Positions 38,801 through 51,347 of a stretch of DNA of 64,000 bases are shown piece after piece; position 1 is the stretch's first letter, and the number at the start of each line of letters is the position of its first letter. The DNA is from Raillietiella orientalis (Eukaryota), in the NCBI GenBank assembly GCA_036172245.1, contig JAYWIR010000026.1, positions 1,984,001 through 2,048,000 of the forward strand, given 5' to 3'. A program made the translations under genes and the position numbers. The notes beneath the pieces are model-generated. The model had not been told where the DNA came from. It was given only the letters and a program-made list of their open reading frames with translations, and did no database searches.

Positions 38801-41800
38801 CAGGGGAAGGATGTCTGCGTGCGAGCGCTCAGAGGGAGGGGCTTCGTTCCCCTCTTTGGCGGCTATCGCGCGCGCGAAACGCAAGATTACCGACGCAACA
38901 TCGCTGCTGCCCAGAGTGCGCGTTTCCCCCTGCGGGTCGTCCGTCCCTCGGGAAGCGTCCCCAACGCCTGCCGAGCGTGACGGAACCGTCGTTCCGGCAT
39001 TTGAAGGGGCGTCCGCGGACGGATCGCGCCCCATTAACGGGATCGGGAGGGACAGCTGGTTCCCGTTGCGAGAGGCCCGGCTCCCCTATCCGGGACGGAC
39101 CAATCCGGGCGCTTCGGGGCTCGGCAGATGTCGATGGGCCGTAAGCGCAGCAACGTCAAGGCGAATGAGTGGCGCCGCCGTGTGGCCGGTGCTCGCCGAG
39201 GCCCTCAAGGAAGAGAGGGAGGAAGAAAGAAAGAGGAGCAGGGGGAGGAAGCGTAGCAGGCGGGCAGCCTCCGGCCTTTCTAGTCTATACAGGGGCGCCT
39301 CACGGTCGCATTTCCCTCCGCCTTGCGCACGCGCTTGGGCCCCGTCGTCGTCATGGCTTCTGGCACTTTCGAGGTCTTCTTCAAATGTCCCGGCAGTGGC
39401 AGGCGGGGAAGGGGCACTCTCCTTCCGCCGAACGAGACGCCATCTCGATCTCTCTCTCCAGCTCCCCCCATCCCGCACCTCGGCTCCCCTTTCCCTTATT
39501 TGTAAAGGACGGAACACAGGCACCGGTCCCCAACTAGCGCTTCGCGAGGCGACCGAGATCGCTCGGGAGGAAGCGGACGGGATCGATGAGCGCGGAGAGG
39601 AACGGGACGGGAGGAAGCCGGAATTCCTTTCCCACAGATGCTCGCTGTTTCTTCTTTCCAGTTGCGTATCCTGGGAGAGACCGCTTTTTCTCATACCAAC
39701 CAGTTGTGGCCTTATGTCGCAGGTATCCCTTCTTCCTCACAGCACGAGGTCCTGGCTCTCCAGGGCACGCCGGGGGGGGGGGCAGTGGCAGAAAATACGA
39801 AGCGGAATAGTGATTTAGCGATGAGGAGGATGTGTCCGAGGAAATGTCCATGAAGATGATGGACAGCTGCGCGGCACCATCTTACATCGTCGCTTACTTC
39901 GTCGGTAGTGGTGTTTTCTGCCAGGAGCAAAACATGTGCCGCCCCCGCGAAGGAAGCGGAGGAGGAAGTTAAGAATGAGAATAATAAAGAAGAGAGCCCT
40001 CGTGTTAGCGAGCTCGGAGGTCTGGATGAGGGAGTTGCTGCACCGTTGCCGCCGCCGCCGTCTCCATGAAAGTGAAAGTGCGTATGAGCAGCGTGCATGC
40101 CTGAGGGGGCGAAACAGGCTGCGCGGAAGAAGAATACGCGTGTGTCAGCCGGGGCCGGAAGCTTTCGTCGTCCGCCTCCAGGGAACATTCTCGAAAGGCT
40201 CGGCTGGCGCGCAGAACCGTGTCTCGCGGCCTGCAGAAGCCCGGCCCTCATGAGAAGACGTGCTCGCTCTCTCCTTCCCCTTCCTCCCGTGCGCGCCTTT
40301 TGCGCCACGGGTCGTCGCCCCTTCGAACATGCATTGCTTCCGGAGGCATGGGTGGGCTCTCGGCGACAAACTCGGGGCATAGAGCCCTTGGGTCGTCCAG
40401 CCGTGCGTTCCTCACGTGGCTGCCACCGCGGCAGTCCAGCGGACTCTTTTCCGCCGTCCATCCTTTCGAGTCGCCGATAGCAAGTCTTTCGGTCCTTCCT
40501 CGTCCTCTGCTAGGATCGCAGGGAAGACTTCCTTTCCTGGGTGTCTTTAAGGTCGAGGATTGTCTCAGATGAACTGGGAGGGAGGGATCCCATGAAGCTT
40601 CAGGAAAAGGGGGGGGAGAAAGAGAAGCGAAATTGCAGTCTGGAGCCGTTGACGACACGCTGATTTGTGCTGCAGTCTTGATGGTGATGCGGATTACAGG
40701 CTCGCCGATGTCGAGACCGGGCCCGTCCCATCCCTTGGGAAGGGGCATCGTTTCTGCGCGTCGTGCGGAGACCACACAGTGCCTGCTCACCCGTCCATGC
40801 TTTTGCTTCGGTTGTTTCGGAAACGCCGTGAAGTCCTTGGAGTTCTTGGGAACTCATCCCAGACTGCTCCTCGTGTGCTTCGAACTTGCTCTTGCATCCT
40901 CAAGTGTCTAAGGGCCATGTCTAGAAACATTCGCTAATAATCATCGTCCTCCAGGTGTTTCTATTATTCTCTTAGCTCTGATTTGTTCTGCTCCATTCCT
41001 CCTCATTTGTAGAATGCCCCTTTTGCAGAGGTGGGAGGACTCGCCCTCCCCTCTCGCTTTTTCTATTTTTTGGCGTCCTCTCTTGCTTTGGTAAACTCGC
41101 TGAATCTTTGAAGACACGGGTCAAAAGTATTAACGACCTTTCGTCACGAAAACCGGAATCCCGCTGTCTTGTCTAAGATGAGTCGGTAATTTCTTATGGT
41201 GCGCACCGTCACCACGGTTTGCCTCATCAGCTTGCTGTGTGTGTTTACACAGCCGCGTAGCCGCTCTTATTTGTTCTTCCGCTGCCATCCGTTGCAGCGC
41301 GAGGTGGCGGCAAAAGCGGTCTGCTGCTGCTGTTCGTGGTCATCTGTGCGTCTCTTTCGAGGTGTGCCGTCTGTCCACGCTTCCTTTCTAGTGCACGCAG
41401 CCCATCGCTGTCGATCGCCCAAATGAAAGGTTGTTGTCCGTCGTCATCCAGTCTGAGCTGCTGGTGCCTTCTAGGAGAGGAACGCCCGCTTTCCCGAGTG
41501 ACGAAGGCGTTTTTTGTTTGCTCGATTTCGTGGACACATGGGACGTTAGGCAATGGTCCGCTCTACCCTGAAGCCAAGCCAGTGTGCCGCGGTCCGAGCT
41601 TTCGATTCATGCAGCTCCGCGTTGCTATGGCTCCAACACAGGCCGCTGTCCGGAGTTGCCAGCTAACCAGAGTGCGCATCTTCAGCTCCGAGAGGCGTGT
41701 TGCTGACGGTTCTGTGCTTTCCGATTCCCCGTTCCGTCCTGCTGCCGCCTTAGTCCTCGGCTCTTGATTCCATTTGCTTATTGTATTTGCATTCCGTGAT

Positions 41801-44493
41801 AACGCCAGTCACCCCCCTTCAGCGGTTACCCTATTGGCACGAGCTTCTTGCATCGAGTTATCGGATCAATTGGCGCATCATCGAATTAGAAAAAAAAAAA
41901 AAAAATACGCAGAAGCAAACTGATTCTTCTTGCAGTGCCATTCGTGGCTTTGGACGCGATGTTGCAAGGAAAAAGCGGTTGCTGTAGTAATAGTAGAGAT
42001 GCCAAGAGGAATGCGTGCTGTAACTGTGTGTCACACTATGTTGGGATTATGGTTTACGGAACTTATCGTCGAGGCCACGTATGGTGACTTCCATCGTCTC
42101 CTTGTCCGAATGCAGGCGCGGTAATTTTGCTGAATAAGAAATGCTCGTGCCCGAGGGCCTATCACGCTTAACGCCATCTACAAGTATCGCTACGAACTTT
42201 CGGGTTGCGTTCGGTAGGGGTTGCCATTTCCCCCCCGGTACCAGGGCAAGGCTTCTTTTTTTGCTGCGTGAACCGTGGTTCCTAAGAAAGTTCGGAGGTC
42301 TTGTTCTCTCAGGTCAGTTCTTGTTTTCCTGCTCCGAAGCACCTTGCCTACCGGTCTCCGCGAAACCATCTCCGCGTGCGTGGAGAAATCTTGAGAAATG
42401 TACGTGGAGCTTGGCAGATGTCGCTGAGGTGCGTTTGTCGTCCACACGATGGGAGCGCCAGAAACGGAGGGTAACACCTCGGGGTGGTGCGTCCGGCGTT
42501 TTTTTTTTTTTTTTTTCTCCGGGGGAAATCGTTGGCGTTGCGTTCTGTGTGTCCCGTTCTCCCGATGGGCTGCGGCGGCGTTTAGCGCCAGTTTTTGCAT
42601 TCTTTTCAGTTAGAGCGATTAACCTCATCCGCATTCTCTGCTCTTTTCAGCGGGACGGGAACACGGCCAAGGAATTACTGCCGCGGGGCGAGGAACCTAA
42701 TGGCCGCGGACTTTTCTGGAACCCACGCAAGGGACAGACGGGATTGGGACAGAGAGAGATGGCTCGGTGCTTCCAGCACAAGAAAAAACGCTGCTGGAAG
42801 CAACGGGTCACCTTTCGCGAGTTTCATTCGATGCTCTAGAAGGATGGGAGGGGGAGGGAGGTACGATCGATGGTCACTTTGCTTTCTACCCGTATGGAAT
42901 TTAGTTTAGACGGAAGGATCCGATCTGACATCTTTTTCCCATTCTGCTGGTTGGTGTTTCACATAAGTGAAACCGTCCAGTGGAGGAAGAAGCATCTGGA
43001 AACAAGTGCGGCGGCATCCAGAGTGCGTGATGCGTGTCGTTCAGATCAGCTCTTCCAGTATCTTAGCAGCCCCCGTCTTTGAGGCGCTTTGGTCAGGCGA
43101 TCTCAGACCAGTCTCGCTACCCTGACATGATTTCCCCCCTCCCTCTTTTCTTCCAGCTATTCCGCAAATATTGATGTTTTCCGAAAACATTTTATTGAGT
43201 TTTGGCGTGCTTGGTAATGTAAAGGCAACAAGTAAGAAGCGGTTGTGTGTTGTTGGTGGCATTCACCCGTATCACCCCGATGTGGTCCGGTCATGGCTCA
43301 TGCGTTTTAGTTCTGCATACCGACCTGTTTCCTCCTCCTCATCGTTTGCCTGTCCTCTCTCTCCTGGGATTGCGTTTGCGGGTCTCGTGTGCGCTCGAGG
43401 TGCATGTCACACGTAACCGAGAGATGTCATGTGCAGCAGATCCGAGGCCTTTTTCTTCGACCGACGGACAAGTGCGTCTGCAGGTTCGGCGTGAAAAGTC
43501 GCCTCCCACATGTCCTCCGCTTGCCTTGTCCTAAGGTGTTGCGGTGAGAGGGGGACAGCGTCTGCCGACGTGTTCACCTCCGTCGTCTTTGCCGGCAAGC
43601 CGCTAATCGAGTCGGTGGTTATCGGTCTCGCCTTGTGCCGATCGCGCTCTCCCGAGTGGTGTGGTGCATCGCTCCACGCTCCCCCTGGATGGTCCTGGCA
43701 GGTTGCGACCGCCTTCTCTAACTGCTCCTGCTGCTGAAGCACCTCGTTCTCTGCATGACTTTCGTGCGCGATCCCGCAGTGTCCTCAAGGTTGTGGGATT
43801 CGTTCGTTTTCCTTTGTGCTCGAGAATGCTCTTCGTCAACTTGAACGCCCTGCCGTTGTGCCCATCTTCTTCTTTCTTCCTTCGGAATCTTCGAGGCTGC
43901 TGCTTCTGCAATAGTTCGCGGCAACGTTTGTTGATCTGCTTGTTCCGCTTTCTCTGTGTGCGAAGTGCTTTCTGCTTGTCGAAGGCGCCCCACCCGTAGG
44001 ACTCTTTTTCTCCACGCACAGGTTGCGCTCATTTAGAGCTTTTTTTTTGTTTTTTTTTTTTGCTCTTCCCCCCTCTCCCAAAGTTCTGTCGGTATTATGT
44101 TGAAGAAGGAACCTGCCATGATCAGCTTTCCCGGGTGGGTGATGGCATCCTCAACAGCGATCGCGGACGTGCGCACGCGCGGACGTTTTCCATCGGAATC
44201 GCGATGACGATTAAGTACTTTCGGATTATCTTCCGTAATGGGTCGGCGGAGACGGGAAAATCCGCGCTTAGTTCGTCGAAGATTATTCTTATCGCCGGAT
44301 TGGGAGGCTGCGTGCCGCGGTACTTGACGAAGGAAAAGCGATGCCTCTATGTTGCTCTCTTGCTCGAAGATCGCTCCTGCATGAAGGAGAGTTTCGCTCC
44401 TCGTTCGCCGACACTGGTGTTTTCCTTCCTCCGGCTGATGTTCCCGTAGCGGAAGCGTCCTGCAGCCCACCCCACCCCCCCGCCTTACTGGAT

Positions 44494-44523
<30 letters not shown>
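44494..44523. repeat. (GCA)10 microsatellite
   Basis: Read directly. Confidence 0.95.
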
Positions 44524-44526
<3 letters not shown>

Positions 44527-44815
44527 CACCTTTTTGTTCGGCTTCTCGGCCTCTCGCAGTCGGAAGTTTCGCACCCCCTGCCCACCAGGCATCGCACTGC
44601 GCGCCCGCTCTCATTTTTATTTACAGCCCCTTTGTGTGATCTATCTCGGCCGTTTCAGGCTGGATAAAAATTGATTATGCAACGGGGAACGTTTCCCGAG
44701 AGAGTTTCGCTATCTGCGCTCGCTGCGGAGGGAACGTGAAGAACTTGCTCGGGGCCGCCGTGCTTCCCCACCACCGCGAAAGACACGACGGACTGCGTTC
44801 CTGGCGCTCTTCGCA

Positions 44816-45388
44816 GAAGAACGGCTCCCGTCGGAAGCACGGGACTTCGCGTTGCGTCGCATAGGTGTCTTCGCGATCCGCTCCCACGCACCAACTCTGT
44901 GTGGCGTTCCTCTCTCCCGCGCGCGCGTCCCTCTTTGTTTTCCTCGGGTGTGAACTCGAATCGCATCCACGCTGTCCCGGTGTCTCAGTGGGCGGGATGT
45001 GCGTCCTTTCCTTTTTGAGAGCCAAGCCAGTAATTACTAAAAGCTCGCGCTTGACGCGGTTGCAGGAGGGAAGCAGAAAGTCCCGCGTCGATCGCACCGC
45101 ACGTCCACGATCGAAATTGATTGCAGAGTTGGTGAAATTCGGCTGCTTCAACATCTGCACAGCGACCGTGCCGTTATCCCCTCCTCCTCTTCCTTCCCCC
45201 CTCCCCCCCGTTTTCTGGCCGCACTTGGCCGTGCCGAAGACGTTTAGCCGAGCTTTCTCTCCCATCTCCATCACAAGCGCGCGTGCGTTCCCGACCAGTC
45301 CTAGTAGGGAGGGGGAGGGGAGCCATAGATGCTTCGGAAAGTTCCCTCTCGCCGCTTTGTTTATCGCCTCTAATGCCTTCGCGATAGG
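44816..45388 (-). mobile_element. Possible heavily decayed non-LTR retrotransposon reverse-transcriptase relic
   Basis: ORF 44675..45454(-) contains, in the expected order, loose look-alikes of LINE RT motifs (IAKALEAINKAARGNFPKHLW, PSLLGLVG, RGRAVRSTRDFLL, LALKK, NATQ...EVP). Catalytic Asp residues are absent and several spacings need indels. By-eye match only. Confidence 0.25.
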
Positions 45389-48300
45389 CGTCTGCGAGCG
45401 CCTCTGGACGAATTCGTCTTTCCGTTTCATCTTCTGATGCTGATCTCGGAGCACGTGAGGCGATTTTCACGCATGTTTTTCCCGAGATCTCCGTTTCCAG
45501 AGCTGCCTATTGCCATCTTTATTTGGCCAGTGATGTTTGCCACTCCGTGAGGGTCTGGGCAAAGTACTCGCATCCCCTCCCCCTTCCTCCGGAAAAGTTC
45601 CATCAATTGGTGGGGAGCTGCATTCTTTGGATTAGTAGGAAGCGCGGTCGGAAAATCTCGATTTTCATCTCCCCGAGTTGGCACATCTCTCACGGAGACC
45701 CATAAGTCCCAGTCTCCGTGCTCCGGAGACGCCACTGTTTATTCTCGCAGATTTCCGATGGATGAAAGGAGTGAGCGGTCTCTGCTCGTCGAGGATCCCT
45801 GTCGAGCAGACAGGGCGAAGGGAATTCTTCGACGGGACTGCAAAAGACTTCGTTTGCATATTCCGATCGCCCGAAGCGGATCTTGTTATTTATTATGAGG
45901 AGGAACCTGCGGTGTAGCGCGTTTCCCCATTTGTGATTTGGCTGCACTTTCACTTTAGTCCACAATCTATCTCGGTGCCTTCCTCGCTGCTGGCTACTGG
46001 CTATGATTTAGTGCTCAGTACTGGAGCAGCTCTCGTGCCAGAGTGCGTCCGGAAGGTTGTTATTGCCTCCTCCTTTTTTTTTTTTTCTTTCTTTTTCTTC
46101 TCTCGTTCTTTACGAACTGACACGAAGAAAAGCTAATCTTGAAGATCGGAAGCATCTTTTTCACTTCTCTTCTCCCTTATGCCCATTGAGAATACCCTTC
46201 CTTGCCTTATCATGCATCCCATTCCCTCCACGGGACGTGGTGCGGAATCTCGCTTGCTGGAATGGCACGTCCGATCTCCCCTCGGCCTAACCTCGCTGTT
46301 GCCGCTTCTTGTGCGTGTTGAAAGCCTTTGGGTCGGAAGGTTCTCGAAACGTCTGCCGAAGAGACCTGCTGCCTCCACATACGGGCGGATGGAAGGAGCT
46401 ATTCGTTTCGTGGGCCGGAAACCTAAGGGAGCTGCGCTTGCGTAGCTCTTTCTCCTCCTGTCAACGCTACACGCAAAGCAGGAGCAGCAGCAGAAGCAGC
46501 AGTGATGATGGCGCATCCACATGCCCAATTTGGTACTTTGGGAAACGTGCTGCCAAATGGAGGCAGTCAGGCGATGGGCGAACGTTCCAAGTGCGCACGC
46601 CTTCAGTTCTTTGAGCTTTCTTTGCGGGCGCTAAAATTGTCAGCAGTCGGCCTATTCCTCTTCTTCTTCTTCTTCTTTTTTTTTTTCTTCGCGCGGGGTG
46701 TGCAGATTGGTGCAGAACCTACTGCACGAATCCGGCGCTATCCTTACGATACGATTTCGTCCTCAGGGAGAGTTGGAGGGGGGGGGGGAAGGGATGGGAC
46801 TTCCGTCCTTTATCACGGAAGTAAAGTAAGGGTTCTCACACAGCTGCAATCGTTAGTACGGGTTCTTGTCGCACAACCTGCTGCTTTTCATTGCTGGCCT
46901 TATCGACTTTTCCATCCATTTTGATAGAACGCGAAAAAAAAATGCGCGTTTGCCTCTTTGCTTTCACCGGGAAGAATCTGAAAGTGGGAGGAGAGCGGCA
47001 TCGAGTCTGTCTGCCCCCACCCCCAGAACCTCCTGGAACGGGAGTGCATCCGAAAGTGAGGTTTCTACCCCGGCATGCCAGACGATGGAAAGCACACGAG
47101 GCATTGTGACCTCACCACGACCCAGAAGTCTTCGAGAAGTTTTCAACGATGAATCGAAAGCATGGAGCCTTGCAGCTTGAGCTGTCGAAGTCGTTGTCGA
47201 AGATGTACAGATGAGACGTGCTGAAGGCGCCCTCTGTACCGAGGTCTTTTAAGGTGGCAAATGGTGTGACATCCCTATCCGGAAGACCAAGGAGGTCGGT
47301 TTTTCTGATGAGGTAGCTTATGGGACAAAACCTTGGAGACGGTGGAAGCATTAGAAGAATACCGTCATCGAGCCCACTGTCCCCTCTCTTCACTCGTTCC
47401 CCTTTGCAAGCGCGGAGGAAGCCCTCGCTTGAAATACGGAGCGACTTTCCCGTGGGCTGCTACAGGTGAAGAACAACAACTCCTCAAAGGGAAGGAAGAG
47501 AGGTATCGAAAATCAGACGAGGAAGATGAACATGTGCAACTGGTCATGCCCAGTGACTCCTGCTCCCGAGGATGGTTGTTACCGAGGAAATTCCATCCGT
47601 TCAGTGATTCGTCAAAACAACAAAAATTGTGCTGTCTGTCTTCCCGTTTTGCTTTCTTTGCTTCAGTGCAATAGCCCGAAGCCGTTGCGCAGCAACCACC
47701 AACTTGCGTGGCGCTTGTGGATCTTGTCTCCTCAAGACCCGGGGAACAGCAGCCATTTTTCCGACTTCTACGTAGGTGGGCAAATCGTGAATGAAATCGA
47801 AAACGGAACTCGGTGGCTTCTTCCGTGCCGCTTGCGGTCCAAAGCCGGCGCGGAACGCCATCCGTCCGCGCTGGAAACTGCCACCGGCATTCGTCGTGAG
47901 TTCCCGACTGCCAAGAGACCGAGCCCCCCAAGAAGAAGAAGAAGTGTGCTGTGTGCGTCGAGCTGCTCCCGAGCTGCCGTGTCCTGGACAACCCGGGAGT
48001 CACGTTATCGATTTGCGTTCCTCCGGAATTAAAATTCGAGTGAGTCGTTAAATTACGGCAGATGACGTCACGAGATTTCGTGTGAGCAACAGTTGACGTG
48101 CAGGGAAATACCGAGCGCGTATACAACGATCAACAGAGTCTGTGCGGTATCACTTGGAACAGACTCCAACATTGCTGGGCGTAAATCGTTCGCGCAGACG
48201 TCGAAAAACGAAATATGTTCGAAGCTGTGAAGTTGCTACTTGACAGGTTTGTATCCAGTACTTGACGTCGTGCCGCAATTAGCGGCCATAAATTGAATTG

Positions 48301-50226
48301 CGTTTTCACCGTAGCTCCGTGTGCGAGTGCGGAAGTCGTAGCTTGATCCGAGCTCTCTCCGTCTTCCGAAGAAAGAGCTTCACCCTTCCTTCTCCCCCCC
48401 CCCTCCCCTCCCCTCCCCTTTCTTTGCTGTTGCAGCAACACCTGGGTTGTCTCCTACCAAAGTCTCTTGGCTGCCACCACCTTGGTTGTTTCCTACCCCG
48501 GATTGACAGATGAAGTAGTGTTGCGAAATCCTACGATCCCCAAACACGTGCAGTGGCACCTACTTTGCATGTGTGTGAATGTTTCATGTTTTTTTCTCCC
48601 TACTTCGTGACGAGAACCATTAATCAGAAGGTCATCTTTCTTATTAACGTGGAGCGCGTATCAAGTTGTCCAGTGGGTTCAGCTCGGCTTCTTGCTGACC
48701 GCGAATGCTTTCGTACCTGAGGCCAGAAGGATGAGAAACTCCTTTTGTGATAACCTCTCAAGTGCCTTTCTTTCCTCTTCCACCGTTGTGGCACCGATCA
48801 CGTTTTAAGGAAGTTGCTTCCAGGACCTTTGATTTCGATTTTCCTTTCTTCAAGAGAACAGTGTATACGTAAGAATTCATGTGCCTATCTGTGTGCCCAT
48901 TTTAACCCACGACAGTAAAGCAAGCTTAGCAGCATTTGAAGGTGCTCGCGAAGCTTTACCACTGCATCTCTTGGATTTCAGATACTTTTCGAACCCACTG
49001 AAACGTTTTCAAGCAAATTTCCAGTTTCCTTAGGCCTCTGCGCAATTGATGGCATACCGTTGACATTGATGGCGTTTCTTTCACAGTTCAAGGGTGGAAA
49101 CCCATCCAATTTCTAGCTGTCTGGACATTCATTCCTTCATCTGTAATGAGTATTTCCGAATGAACTTGAGGACCCAAGAATCTTCAGGGAATTATAGTGC
49201 AGTTCTGATTTAGCATTTCTTTGGGGCGATCTTATTGTGCTTCAAATCCGGAAAGATACGGAACGGTAGAGGGATGCTGCGAAATTGAGCGAGAACATGC
49301 TGCTGGTTCCATTCGGGATCGCATCGCTGCCCAAAGATGTGTTGTGTTGCGTTGTGCTGCCCGTAGATGCGAGGTAAGAAGGCCTCGAAGAGCCACGGTG
49401 GCTGGCTTCTTCTAAATCCGCTCCCAAAGATCGCAAAACTTTCACTTTCGTTCCTGTAAGTCGTGACACGTACTGCCGTGTGGAGCAGGACTTCCATCTT
49501 GCCGCCGGAGCAAGCCCTGGAGGTAGCAGGCGAAGTGCGAAGATTGAATTCCCCGCATCCGATGGAGGCCAGAAATGAAAATCCCGTAGCTCTAGAAGTG
49601 GAGAAGAGTAGTGAGAGCAGTAGCTGCCAAGGCGCCCTGGCGAAGAACCTGCTTACTCCCGAAGCGACGTGTCGGAAAAGTTCGTCCCTTCGTTGCTGGA
49701 CGCCGTGAAGTGTGGTGGTGGTCTCTTTCGTGGGTGATCGGTGCAACCTTGGGTGCTATCATCGGTGGGAAGGTCTTTGGAAATGCAGTTGCTGTTGGCG
49801 CTGTTGGTGTGTCCATTTCGTTCTCCTTGGAGTTGCGCGTCGTCTCGAATGGGCTCATGGTGAAGGACCGAATCCGTATGTCCCGATTTTTTATGAGGAA
49901 GAGATAAAAGCTGATTCTTGGGTGAGAGAGGGGAGGCGCAAAGTACCTCCCTCACACACGTCACTTCCATGAGCTTCCCCCCCCCCCTCCCGGGGGAAGC
50001 TGCTGCTGATGTTTGGGACGGGGCAGAATGCGGGCATTTTTGCTGCTTATTGGGACGATGGTGATGGTGATGGCTAATGAATCTCTCCGTAAAGGACTGC
50101 GAAGCTGGCAAAGACCTTACGGAAGGATCTGAGGGTAGAGATGGTGAATAACCACCACAGAATTCAGAGCTGCGGTGTTAATGCCGCGAAGGTTGTGCGC
50201 GTTGGTCTTTGACTTGGTGTGCCCTG

Positions 50227-50411
50227 TGTCCTGTCTCGTGACTTCGTGGCTTCCGGCGTTTCCTGTCCTTCTGTCTTCCCAAGGGATCCTCTAGTTCCAA
50301 TATTGCTCGTGTATTTTTGTCCTGTCTCGTGACTTCGTGGCTTCCGGCGTTTCCTGTCCTTCTGTCTTCCCAAGAGATCCTCTAGTTCCAATATTGCTCG
50401 TGTATTTTTGT
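50227..50411. repeat. Tandem duplication, 2 x 91 bp, one mismatch
   Basis: Unit TGTCCTGTCTCGTGACTTCGTGG...GCTCGTGTATTTT starts at 50227 and 50318. The only difference is CCAAGGGATCC vs CCAAGAGATCC. Confidence 0.97.
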
Positions 50412-51347
50412 TGTTGCTTCTTTGAGCTTTTTGGAACCAATCCGCACGATCTCGGTTCTTTTACCTCCCACGGAGTTGATGAAAGCGTTGGCCTCTGCCG
50501 ACATTGACCAACAAAACAGCTTCTCCAGTGGTTAAGAAATGAATGGGTATGTGGTGGTGGTGACTATCCAAGCACTTGAATCGCGTTTTTTTTTTTTGTT
50601 TTTTTCTTTTCCTCCTGGAGGGAAGGGGAGGGGGCATCAGAGGGAAGGGTTTTTTCCCCCTTGCTTTGCAAGTCGACTAGCGGTCGCGCGCTGTTTCCTT
50701 TCTGAGAGAGCGGACCTTGTTCCCGCTGGTCTCCCGTTTTCACTACTCGTCTTCCCGATGATTTTTCCAGGTATCTGGAAAGTGGGACCATACGGCATTG
50801 ATTTACATCACCACGTGCGTTTGCGATTTGTGGTGTTGAGTTGTGAGCGCCGCTTGCCGACGACACGAAGGGTTTCTGTTTGTCAGTAGCGAGACGGAGG
50901 CGCTTCGTGCTTTATTTAGACCGATCGGCAGAAGATTCGAGTCGAAGACGAGCAAAGCAAAGAGCCGGAGAAGATTCATTTCACGTTCCCCCTTCAGAGA
51001 AATTGATTTCCTTGATAACCGAGCTTATGTAGCTCCTGTTCCTTGCATGCATGGTTCAGTTTGCGTTTATGACCTATCGCAGTATTCCCTTTGAACTTGG
51101 CGTGTTCTATACCGTATCGAAAACATACTCTGCTGTACGTATATATGCAGTGGCATATATTGTACAGGTTTTCAATATAATACTCATAAGGAAGTGCCTT
51201 CGTGCTGGCTTTTGCCAGCACTAAACATCTTCCGGTTCCCCAAGGAAAAGAAAAAAGAAAAAAAAAAAAAAAATCAGTGTTGTCTTACTGTTTTGTTCCT
51301 TGGCATCTTCATGTGGTCTAATTTGCCTCTTCTGTGTGAAACTTCAG

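Larger units (their letters stand above)
32737..51347 (+). other. NOL4: NOL4-like intron 2 (18611 nt, GT-AG, phase 0)
   Basis: Donor GTAAGG, acceptor ACTTCAG, branch-like CTAAT at 51318-51322. Joining gives RTYRA|ISEKYSFLPREAV, matching recalled RTYKA-ISESYAFLPREAV. Confidence 0.9.

Noticed and set aside
48439..48497. 20-bp imperfect direct repeat (18/20) at 39-bp spacing, superficially CRISPR-like
   Set aside because: Only two copies, eukaryotic intron context and no cas genes; an ordinary small duplication.
47112..49050. Isolated LINE-like peptide look-alikes on the - strand (RFCPISYL, LYIFDND, RGL...IQEMQW)
   Set aside because: Single short motifs with wrong spacing. They show how easily such matches arise by chance, which also tempers the two RT candidates reported.
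49367..49373. 7-nt micro-exon (TAG|ATGCGAG|GTAAGA) in intron 2
   Set aside because: Weak pyrimidine tract and frameshifting length; exons 2 and 3 already join perfectly. It cannot be supported without RNA data.
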